From contig JBDHAN010000001.1 in the NCBI GenBank assembly GCA_039588055.1, positions 26,014 to 90,013 on the forward strand: a DNA stretch of 64,000 nucleotides, given 5' to 3'. Positions 38,525 to 46,371 of this stretch are shown piece after piece. The DNA is from Gemmatimonadota bacterium. GTDB taxonomy: Bacteria; Gemmatimonadota; Gemmatimonadetes; Gemmatimonadales; GWC2-71-9. Made by a program: the position numbers and the translations under genes. Positions within the stretch are counted from its first letter, which is position 1; each line of letters starts with the position of its first letter. The notes under the pieces were generated by a model. The model was not told the origin of the DNA. It did not search any database and was given only the letters and a program-made list of their open reading frames with translations.

Positions 38525-39169
38525 TTGTTCGGTGCCGGGGTTGCAACGAGTCTGACACCGTGCATCTACCCCATGATTCCGATCACCGCGGGCGTCCTCG
38601 CCGCGTCCACGGACCGCCACACCTCACGGTGGCGAACCGTCCGCCTCACGCTCACCTACGTGTCCGGCCTCGCGCTGCTCTACGCATTCCTCGGCATGCT
38701 CGCCGGACTCACCGGGTCGCTGTTCGGCAGCGTGGCGTCGAATCCGTGGGCCCGGTTCGCCATCGGAAACGTGCTGCTCCTCTTTGCCCTGGCCATGCTC
38801 GACGTCATTCCGGTAGCAGCCCCACAGCGAATCGTCGCGTGGGCCGGAAAGCTCGGTGGTGGATCGTATCCGGCCGTGTTCCTGCTGGGGGCGACGTCCG
38901 GGCTCGTTGCTGCTCCCTGCGGCGCACCGGCGTTTGCCGTTGTCTTGACGTGGGTGGCCACCACCGGCAACGCCGCGCTCGGGTTCATGTACCTCTTCGT
39001 GTTCTCCATCGGCATGACGGCACTCCTTATCGCGGTCGGGGTATCCTCAGGAACGCTGGCGGCCCTGCCGAAGTCCGGGCAGTGGATGGTGTGGATCAAG
39101 CGGCTCGCCGGCCTCGCGATGCTGGCAATGGCAGAGTACTACTTCATTCAGATGGGGATGGTCTGGTAA
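38525..39169 (+). CDS. ccdA: Cytochrome c biogenesis / thiol-disulfide transporter CcdA (DsbD-beta family)
   Basis: FGAGVATSLTPCIYPMIP and LVAAPCGAPAF carry the two conserved membrane cysteines. The only canonical start is TTG 38525, but the protein-like frame continues upstream to 38396 (see findings). Confidence 0.8.
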   Translation: MFGAGVATSLTPCIYPMIPITAGVLAASTDRHTSRWRTVRLTLTYVSGLALLYAFLGMLAGLTGSLFGSVASNPWARFAIGNVLLLFALAMLDVIPVAAPQRIVAWAGKLGGGSYPAVFLLGATSGLVAAPCGAPAFAVVLTWVATTGNAALGFMYLFVFSIGMTALLIAVGVSSGTLAALPKSGQWMVWIKRLAGLAMLAMAEYYFIQMGMVW

Positions 39170-39699
39170 TGCGCACTCGTTGGCTGACCGTCGGGACGAT
39201 CGCGGCACTGCTCACTGGCGCACACGTGCCTGCGCTCCACGCGCAGGCCACGAATGCGGTCGGTCTGCCGGTCGGGTCCACGCCCGAGGCGACGGTCGTC
39301 GAGGATCTCGAGGGGAACGCAGTGGACCTCGGTGCGCTCGTGGGACAGAAGCCGGTGCTCGTGGAGTTCTGGGCCACATGGTGCAACGTGTGTGAGGAGC
39401 TCGCACCGACCATGCAGGCCGCACACGATCGGTTCGGCGAGCAGGTCGACTTCCTCGTCGTCGCCGTTGGCGTCAATCAGAGCCGCCGGTCAATCCGACG
39501 CCACAGGGAACGGCACCCAGCGCCCTTCCGGTTCGTGTTCGATGCCCGCGGCCGCGCGACCCGCGCCTTCAAGGCCCCGACAACCGCGTACGTCGTCATA
39601 CTCGACGCAGATGGGAAGGTCGCCTATACCGGAGTTGGCGCAGACCAGGATCTCGAGGGCGCGCTCGAGCGGGTCCTCAGCGGGCCCGGAAGCCCCTAG
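39169..39699 (+). CDS. TlpA/ResA-like periplasmic thiol:disulfide oxidoreductase (thioredoxin fold)
   Basis: The ATG overlaps the ccdA stop (TAATG). Signal peptide MRTRWLTVGTIAALLTGAHVPALHA and active site FWATWCNVCEE (WCxxC). Confidence 0.8.
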   Translation: MRTRWLTVGTIAALLTGAHVPALHAQATNAVGLPVGSTPEATVVEDLEGNAVDLGALVGQKPVLVEFWATWCNVCEELAPTMQAAHDRFGEQVDFLVVAVGVNQSRRSIRRHRERHPAPFRFVFDARGRATRAFKAPTTAYVVILDADGKVAYTGVGADQDLEGALERVLSGPGSP

Positions 39700-39702
39700 C
39701 AC

Positions 39703-39736
39703 AACGGGCTCGGCAACGGCCGAGCCCGTTTTCGCG
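39703..39736. terminator. Bidirectional hairpin terminator between tlpA (+) and the peroxiredoxin (-)
   Basis: 12-bp perfect stem AACGGGCTCGGC / GCCGAGCCCGTT with a 4-nt loop, followed on the plus strand by TTCGCGTTTC. Confidence 0.6.
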
Positions 39737-39764
39737 TTTCGTCACGCGCGTTCGGCCGGCAGCA

Positions 39765-40328
39765 TCATAACCCGGAATCCGCCGGCGTCACTTCATCAAT
39801 CGCGTCTTCCAGCTCCTCATAGGCCGTCGGATCGATCTCCCTGAACGGCGCCGCGACATAGCTGATTGTGCCACTCGGATCGATCACGAACAGCGCGCGG
39901 CTCCGGGGAGCACCATACAGCCTTCCGACGTTCGCTCCTTCATCGCTGCCGAACAAGAACGGGAACTCATCGTCCTTGGCCCAGGAGGCCAGCGCTTCGG
40001 GTGAATCCGTGCTGATGGCCACGAGCACCACGTTGCGGCCATTCCGAAACAGTTGCGCGTACTGATCACGGTACGCGTGCATTTGGATCGTTCAGCCACG
40101 GGTCCGTGCTCGAAAGAAGAACGCGAGCACGACGGTCTTGCCACGGAAATCGTTCAGCGTGACCTGGTCTCGCAACACGCCGAAGCGTGTCGCGCCCGGA
40201 AGCTCGAAATCCGGAGCCACGGTCCCGACCTGGAGGGGCTCCGCACGCTCCTGACAGGCTGCCGGTGTCACCGCGACTACGGCCGCGCCTGCCGCCGCGA
40301 GCAAAGCAAAGGTCTGCCTGCGCATCAC
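39765..40328 (-). CDS. Putative selenocysteine-containing peroxiredoxin (AhpC/TSA-BCP fold), exported; in-frame TGA at 40092..40094
   Basis: ORFs 40328..40092 and 40082..39765 are in the same frame and are separated only by TGA plus three sense codons. The joined sequence ...GKTVVLAFFFRARTRG[U]TIQMHAYRDQY...VAISTDS...FPFLFGSDE is collinear with BCP-type peroxiredoxins, with the TGA at the peroxidatic Cys position. The N-terminus MMRRQTFALLAAAGAAVVAV is Tat-like. Confidence 0.65.
40056..40077 (-). promoter_or_regulatory. Candidate bacterial SECIS hairpin
   Basis: On the mRNA, 14 nt after UGA: CGCGUAC-CGUGAUCA-GUACGCG, a perfect 7-bp stem with an 8-nt loop containing GU. Confidence 0.45.
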
Positions 40329-40398
40329 TGATTACTCCAATTCAGAATGGTCTCCAAGTATGCACGGCCGCGCGGCACGCGCCACGAACCGCCGTGCG

Positions 40399-41970
40399 TT
40401 ATCTCAGAAGCTCTTTCACTTCTCGGCGTCCGGCCAGTTCGGCGTCAATCTGCACGCCGATCTCACGCGCACGCTCTAAGTCGGCCGTGAGGTCGTCCAT
40501 CGTTGCCATTCCCGCCTGTACCTTGAGCAGCCCGAGCCGTACGTTCTCGAGCGCGGCCACGGTAGTGGCCAGCCGCTCTCCCGTATCGCCGCGGCGGCGC
40601 AACGCCTCGGCGTCGTGCTCCAGCTGCCGTATGACCTCGGGTACTTCCGGCATCCGCCGACGCATGTCACTGGGCAGATCCTGATACAAATCCGCTGCGG
40701 CGCGCCCAAGCACGATCTCGGTTGCATCGCTCGAGGGCAATACGCGATGCTTGGGCTTCTTGAGCCCAAACCCGACCGCGCGGAAGTATGTGCGGCCGAA
40801 CCAGCCGGCCCAGAGCCGGTTCCACAAGCCGTTAACCCGTCGCATGAACTTGCCCGACCCTGCCGCCTCTGCCTCTTCCTCCAGCGCCTGAGCCTCGGCC
40901 AGCAACGCCGCTCGGATGTCCTCGAAACTGTACCCCACATTGAGCAGGCGCCGCGCTCGGGCGACGAGTTGAATGAATAGCGCCAAAAGGATGAAGTTGA
41001 GGAGTCCCGAAAAATTTCCGGCTTCCTGCGAGACCATGGCCGCCGTGATAAACACGGCTGTCGTAACCTCGGCGTTGCGGAGGAAACCTCTGATGAGTGG
41101 AGGAGCTCTGAGCTCCCGGCCACGCATCTCACCGATTGCCTGCGCCAGCTCCTCGCCACTGGGGTAGCGAGCGTCGGGCATCTTCTCCAGACACTTGCCG
41201 ATGAGACCCGAGAGCTTTGCCGGGACCTCGCGGCGGAACTGGGTCACCGCCGGAGCTGGCTCGGCAACGTGCTTGGCCAACAGGGCCGGCACATTCGTCG
41301 CCTCGAATGGGGCGCGACCTGTGAGGGCAAAGAACGCCGTCGCGCCGAGGGAGTACAGATCGCTGCGCGCATCGGTCGGCTCGCCGGCGGCCTGCTCCGG
41401 ACTCATGTATCGCGCGGTCCCGACGACGTGACCCTGTTCCGCCGGCTCATCGACGTCCTCCACATGAGCGATGCCAAAGTCTGTCAGCAGCGCGCGGCCG
41501 GTCGCCTGATCAAACATGATGTTTTCGGGCTTGATATCGCGATGCACGATGCCGCGCTGATGCGCGTACGACAGCCCCCATGAGATCTCCTGCACGAGCC
41601 GCATCGTTTCACGGGGTGACAGCGGTCCGGCGCGGATCACCCGGTCCCGTAGGGTCTCGCCGTCGACATAGCCCATCACAAAGAAGACCAACGTGCCGTG
41701 TTCCTCGACAGAATGGATCGGGACGACATTCGGATGGGACAGCCCGGCCGACGTCCGGGCCTCGCGGAGAAACCGTTCCCGGCGCTCGGGATCTTCCGCC
41801 AACTGCAGAGGGAGCAGTTTCATTGCCACTAAACGATCGAGCGCCACGTCGCGGGCGAGGAGCACGATGCCCATGCCACCTCGCCCCAACTCACGCTCGA
41901 GCGAATAGCGGCCTTTCACGGCGTCCTGCAGGGTCAAGAACTCGGGGCTCAGCATCTCAGCCATGGCCAT
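40399..41970 (-). CDS. Ser/Thr protein kinase with a C-terminal TM hairpin and coiled-coil region
   Basis: GRGGMGIVLLA...AMK, HRDIKPENIMF, DFGIA and GTARYMSPE, followed by two TM segments and a ~190-aa helical tail. I prefer the ATG start at 41970; the track ORF begins at GTG 42009. Confidence 0.85.
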   Translation of the reverse strand: MAMAEMLSPEFLTLQDAVKGRYSLERELGRGGMGIVLLARDVALDRLVAMKLLPLQLAEDPERRERFLREARTSAGLSHPNVVPIHSVEEHGTLVFFVMGYVDGETLRDRVIRAGPLSPRETMRLVQEISWGLSYAHQRGIVHRDIKPENIMFDQATGRALLTDFGIAHVEDVDEPAEQGHVVGTARYMSPEQAAGEPTDARSDLYSLGATAFFALTGRAPFEATNVPALLAKHVAEPAPAVTQFRREVPAKLSGLIGKCLEKMPDARYPSGEELAQAIGEMRGRELRAPPLIRGFLRNAEVTTAVFITAAMVSQEAGNFSGLLNFILLALFIQLVARARRLLNVGYSFEDIRAALLAEAQALEEEAEAAGSGKFMRRVNGLWNRLWAGWFGRTYFRAVGFGLKKPKHRVLPSSDATEIVLGRAAADLYQDLPSDMRRRMPEVPEVIRQLEHDAEALRRRGDTGERLATTVAALENVRLGLLKVQAGMATMDDLTADLERAREIGVQIDAELAGRREVKELLR

Positions 41971-42183
41971 ATCTGCGTTGGGGCGATCATCCACCACACG
42001 ACAAATCACGATTCGCGCGACAACAACTGCTCATGCGGCGTCGCCCGTAAGCTACGTGTCCCCCGACCGCACGACCAGCCATGCACACATGACCGTCTGC
42101 CCACCACGCTTGACCGTCCACCGGCCCTCGGGCATTATCCGCAACGGCCTTTTGGCGGCATGCGCCGCAAGGAGCGCAGCAGG

Positions 42184-42690
42184 GTGATTCAGAAGAAGAT
42201 CTGCATGGTCGGCGTATATGGGACTGGGAAGACGAGCCTCGTCCAGCAATTCGTCCACGCCAAATTCTCCGAGCGCTATCACTCGACCGTCGGTGTGAAG
42301 ATCGACCGCAAGCCGGTGACGGTGGACGGGACCGACGTGAATCTCCTGCTCTGGGACTTAGAGGGTCGCGACGGTGTGCAAGACATCCAGACGAGCTACC
42401 TGCGGGGGGCATCCGGGATCATCTACGTTGCCGACGGAACGAGACTCGAGACGTTCGAGCAGATCCTCGAGCTTCGTGTCGTGGCCAAGAAGGCCATTGG
42501 CGATGTGCCGTCCGTGTGCGCGGTCAACAAGGTCGATCTCACCGAGGAGTGGAAGATCTCCGATGCGCAGATCGAAGGACTGGACGCCCCGACATGGCAC
42601 TCGCTCAAGACCAGCGCAAAGACGGGTGCGGGGGTGGAAGAGGCGTTCCACTGGCTCGCGGCCACAATGATCGGAGGCGCCGAGGCATGA
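42184..42690 (+). CDS. Ras-superfamily small GTPase (Rab/Ras-like)
   Basis: G1 GVYGTGKTS, G2 T in YHSTVG, G3 WDLEGRD (DxxG, with Arg replacing the catalytic Gln), G4 NKVD, G5 TSAK. GTG 42184 has AAGGAG 9 nt upstream. An alternative ATG is at 42160. Confidence 0.8.
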   Translation: MIQKKICMVGVYGTGKTSLVQQFVHAKFSERYHSTVGVKIDRKPVTVDGTDVNLLLWDLEGRDGVQDIQTSYLRGASGIIYVADGTRLETFEQILELRVVAKKAIGDVPSVCAVNKVDLTEEWKISDAQIEGLDAPTWHSLKTSAKTGAGVEEAFHWLAATMIGGAEA

Positions 42691-43571
42691 CCGAGCCGGA
42701 CTTGGATCAAACCCAACCACTTGACGCCGTACCGGAGCCGCCGGTGCGCATCGATGCCTATGGCATCACTGACACGGGCAAGGTTCGACAGCAAAACGAA
42801 GATCAATTCGCCGTCGGCCGCATGACGAGGTCACTCGAGCTCACACATACGAGCCTCGGCACTGTTTCGTCACTCGACCGCCTTGGCAAAACCGCGGCAG
42901 ACATTTACATCGTGGCGGATGGCGTGGGAGGAGTGGCTGGTGGCCAGTTAGCGAGCGGGATCGCTGTGGAGGCCCTGACAGAGTACCTCGCGCAGACGGC
43001 GGGATGCTTCTATCACACGGACATTGCTTTGGAGCACGAGCTCCTCGAGCGCCTGGAACAGGCGGCGCAGCATGCGCACGAGAGGGTCCGGGCTTTTTCG
43101 CCGAAGGGCCAGGGCCCGGCAACAACGCTCACCATGGTGACACTCCTCTGGCCACGCGCATACATCGTGCACATCGGAGACAGCCGGGGATACTACCTGC
43201 GCGGTGAGCGTCTTCGGCAGTTCACCAGAGATCAGACGATGGGCGAGTTGCTGGTGGACGAAGGAGTGGTCACGGAGCAGCAGGCCCGAGATTCCGGACT
43301 GGACAATGTGCTCGCCAGTGCGGTGGGTGCTGACATCAATCCCTCGATTGGCCTGCTGGACCTGCAGTACGATGACACAGTGCTGCTATGCTCCGACGGA
43401 CTCACCAAACACGTCTCGGACGAAGAGATCTCTGCGTTTCTGCAGGAAGGACAGGACGCCGCATCCACGTGCCGCCGGTTGGTTGACGCAGCGCTCGAGG
43501 GTGGCGGAACTGACAACATCACGGTCGTTGTCGCCCGTATGGGACGGCCGGCGAGTCCCTCCAGCGACTGA
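42687..43571 (+). CDS. PP2C-family Ser/Thr protein phosphatase
   Basis: The ATG overlaps the GTPase stop (ATGA). Motifs: TDTGKVRQQNEDQF, VADGVGG, HIGDSRGY, LLCSDGL, GGTDNITVVV. Confidence 0.9.
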   Translation: MTEPDLDQTQPLDAVPEPPVRIDAYGITDTGKVRQQNEDQFAVGRMTRSLELTHTSLGTVSSLDRLGKTAADIYIVADGVGGVAGGQLASGIAVEALTEYLAQTAGCFYHTDIALEHELLERLEQAAQHAHERVRAFSPKGQGPATTLTMVTLLWPRAYIVHIGDSRGYYLRGERLRQFTRDQTMGELLVDEGVVTEQQARDSGLDNVLASAVGADINPSIGLLDLQYDDTVLLCSDGLTKHVSDEEISAFLQEGQDAASTCRRLVDAALEGGGTDNITVVVARMGRPASPSSD

Positions 43572-43719
43572 GACGGTCAGTCGAGCCCGGTTCCCTGCGA
43601 CCGCTCACTCGGCTCGTCACCCTCAGGATCTTTGGCATCGGCCCACCTCTCTATGCGAAAGCCCCGGTGTCCCTATCGGACGCCGAGGCCTCATCAATTT
43701 CGGAAGCAATGTGCCGTCA

Positions 43720-43792
<73 letters not shown>

Positions 43793-43974
43793 TGTGGGCG
43801 AAGAACATCGCCAGGAGCGCGGAGCGGCGCAACCCGTCGGCGCAGGCTCCGGTATCTGAACAGTTCTCTCCCCATCGTGTTCACTCGCCTCGAGACAACC
43901 GCGCACGTGAACATTGCCGAAGCTCAAAGGTACCATATACGCGCTGACCGAACCATCGAGTACATTGTGTCCCC

Positions 43975-46104
43975 ATGATCGCCTCTGCCGCTCTGCTCGC
44001 TGCAACTGCGCTCACCGCAGGACAGCAGGACACGACCGCAATGCCTGACACCGTCATCGTCCTCGACGAGATGGTCGTCAGCGCCATGCGCTCGACGGAA
44101 GTGCAGCGACTGAACCAGCCGTTGAGCTTGTCAGTCGCCCAGCCAACCCTCGCCTCGCGATCCGCGGGATCCGTGACCGCACACCTGCTCCGTGATGTCG
44201 CGGGCGTCCACGTTCAACAGACGTCAGCAGGTCAGGGGGCCGTTGTGCTCCGCGGAATGGTCGGCAACCAAGTGCTTGTCCTGGTGGACGGCATCCCGAT
44301 GAACAACGGCACGTACCGCGACGGTCCCGGCCAATACCTTGCGACGATCGACCCGGAAACAGTCGAGCGCATCGAGATCGTTCGAGGACCTGCCTCCGTG
44401 CTCTACGGATCCGACGCGCAGGGAGGTGTTGTCAACATCATCACGACGTCCCATTCCCACGCCGGGGGTGCGAGCGTTCGTGCTGCCGGCGTCGGGTCGT
44501 CGGCTGACAACAGCGTGCGAGGCCGGTTTTCGGCGGGATACCGGGGAGCGCGGTGGACGATCGGTGTGGGTGGGAGCCTGTCCTCGGTCGGCGATCTGCG
44601 GGCGGGCGGTGACGTCGGCACCCAGACACCTACCGGCTTCACGACCACGGGGCTTGACGCGGAAGTGGAATTCACACCGTCTGCACGCCATTCGTTCAAC
44701 GGCGTCGTGCAACAGTTTAGCTTGAGCGACGTCCCGCGATACGATCGATATGTGACCTTCCGGGCCCCGGTGCCCGGTCGCGATGCTGAACACCTGTTCA
44801 ATCCACAAACCCGGCAGCTTGCGCACGCGCGGCACATCTTCGAGCCCGGAAAGGCCGGTCTGACACGGTTGGTGTCTACGGTGAGCCTGGCGACGCAGCG
44901 GGAGGGTCGCAGTCGGATCTCCCTCGAGGGCGACGGACAACCGGCCGACGAGCGCACGTTCTGGCGGGATGACGTCTACACGCCCGGTGCCAGCGTCGTG
45001 GGATCGAGCTTCTTCGTCGTGGCGGGCCGGCCCATCATGCTTTCCTGGGGCGCCGACTGGCAGCACGACATCTTGAACAGCAGCGGATACCTGGAGGACC
45101 TCACGAACGGCACGCGCACGCCACTCGTGATCGACGCTGGCACCGGCATCATCGAAACGGGAAACTTTCCTGACGGGGCCGAAGCGGATCGGGTCGGGGT
45201 CTTCCTCTCAGCAGAAGCTCCGCTGGCCGAGGCCGTGCGCCTCTCGCTTGGCGGGCGCTGGAGTCGGTTCCACAACGCGGCGACGCTCGACGCCGACTTC
45301 GGCGGGACCGTCTCGAACTCCAGCGCTGCGCTCACCGGCCAGCTCGGGCTCGTTCTCGCGCCGGCACCCCCCTGGCGCGTTGCAGTGCGTATCGCCCAGG
45401 GGTTCCGCGCGCCCAATCTGTACGACCTCACTCGCGTTGGACCCGTACCCGGAGGGATCGCCCTTCCCAATCCCGACGCGGAGCCTGAACACTCGGTGAG
45501 CGCAGAGGTCACGGTGCGCTACGCCACCGCGCGCGCCGCTTTCGACGTCACGGCGTACTACACACGGGTGACCGACTTCATCGATCGCGTCCCCGGTGAC
45601 TTCCTTGGTGACACGCTTTTCAACGGCGAGCGGGTCTTCCAAGGACGCAATGTGGGCACCGCTCGGATACGGGGCATCGAAGCCGAAGCGGCGGCCGGCC
45701 TCGGTCCCCTGCGGCTCCAAACCTCCGTGCAGTACACGCACGGCGACCAAAAAACTCCCGGTGGCGGGGACGAGCCGATGTCGAAGATCCCGCCGCTTGG
45801 CGGCCACGCGAGCGTTCGGTGGAACGTCCCGGTGCGTTCTCTCTCGGTCGAGTATCTGCTGCGTTGGTCCCTCGAGCAAGACCGGCTCGGCTCCCGCGAC
45901 CTCCAAGACCCACGCATTCCGTCTGGCGGCACGACTGGGTTCGCCACGCATGGGGTCCGGGCGTCAGCGGCTATCAGCCCGCTCCTCAACATCTCAGCTG
46001 GCGTCGAGAACCTCACGGACGCGCTGTATCGCACGCACGCCAGCGGCGTGGACGCCGCGGGCCGGCATGTCTGGCTCGGACTATCTGTCGTCGGCGGTTT
46101 ATAG
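43975..46104 (+). CDS. TonB-dependent outer-membrane receptor
   Basis: Signal peptide, a plug domain (VVSAMR...VHVQQTSAGQGAVVLRGM...VLVDGIPMNN, IEIVRGPASVLYGSDAQGGVVNIIT), and then a long beta-barrel with alternating hydrophobic residues. Confidence 0.85.
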   Translation: MIASAALLAATALTAGQQDTTAMPDTVIVLDEMVVSAMRSTEVQRLNQPLSLSVAQPTLASRSAGSVTAHLLRDVAGVHVQQTSAGQGAVVLRGMVGNQVLVLVDGIPMNNGTYRDGPGQYLATIDPETVERIEIVRGPASVLYGSDAQGGVVNIITTSHSHAGGASVRAAGVGSSADNSVRGRFSAGYRGARWTIGVGGSLSSVGDLRAGGDVGTQTPTGFTTTGLDAEVEFTPSARHSFNGVVQQFSLSDVPRYDRYVTFRAPVPGRDAEHLFNPQTRQLAHARHIFEPGKAGLTRLVSTVSLATQREGRSRISLEGDGQPADERTFWRDDVYTPGASVVGSSFFVVAGRPIMLSWGADWQHDILNSSGYLEDLTNGTRTPLVIDAGTGIIETGNFPDGAEADRVGVFLSAEAPLAEAVRLSLGGRWSRFHNAATLDADFGGTVSNSSAALTGQLGLVLAPAPPWRVAVRIAQGFRAPNLYDLTRVGPVPGGIALPNPDAEPEHSVSAEVTVRYATARAAFDVTAYYTRVTDFIDRVPGDFLGDTLFNGERVFQGRNVGTARIRGIEAEAAAGLGPLRLQTSVQYTHGDQKTPGGGDEPMSKIPPLGGHASVRWNVPVRSLSVEYLLRWSLEQDRLGSRDLQDPRIPSGGTTGFATHGVRASAAISPLLNISAGVENLTDALYRTHASGVDAAGRHVWLGLSVVGGL

Positions 46105-46196
46105 GTCGCATAACGCCAACGCACCAAGGGTCGATCGGGTTGCGTGTCAGACATGCCCGCTGCGATATTTGTCCCCCGGCATCCGCGCCGATCCGT

Positions 46197-46268
46197 GGCG
46201 GTATCGTCTAGGGGTTAGGACGCAGCCCTCTCAAGGCTGAAACACGGGTTCGATTCCCGTTACCGCTA
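46197..46268 (+). tRNA. tRNA-Glu (anticodon CUC)
   Basis: Manual fold: GGCGGUA-UC-GUCU-AGGGGUUA-GGAC-G-CAGCC-CUCUCAA-GGCUG-AAAC-ACGGG-UUCGAUU-CCCGU-UACCGCU-A. The G1-U72 pair is a wobble. Confidence 0.8.
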
Positions 46269-46299
46269 TATTTCCCACCATCGCCACAGCTGGTGGCTC

Positions 46300-46371
46300 G
46301 CCCCCATCGTCTAGCGGTCAGGACACCACTCTTTCAAGGTGGGGACAGGGGTTCGACTCCCCTTGGGGGCA
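46300..46371 (+). tRNA. tRNA-Glu (anticodon UUC)
   Basis: Manual fold: GCCCCCA-UC-GUCU-AGCGGUCA-GGAC-A-CCACU-CUUUCAA-GGUGG-GGAC-AGGGG-UUCGACU-CCCCU-UGGGGGC-A. Confidence 0.9.

Noticed and set aside
38560-39699. A 379-aa plus-strand ORF that looks like one large protein.
   Set aside because: Its first ~200 codons are an out-of-frame overlap of ccdA and are Arg/His-rich nonsense. Only the part from ATG 39169 (signal peptide plus WCNVC thioredoxin fold) is credible.
39765-40328. Interpreting the split peroxiredoxin as a nonsense-mutated pseudogene.
   Set aside because: I do not rule this out, but I consider it less likely. There is a single TGA at the catalytic Cys codon, peroxiredoxin-like sequence is intact on both sides, and a perfect hairpin lies at SECIS distance. 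The question needs the genome-wide selABCD check.
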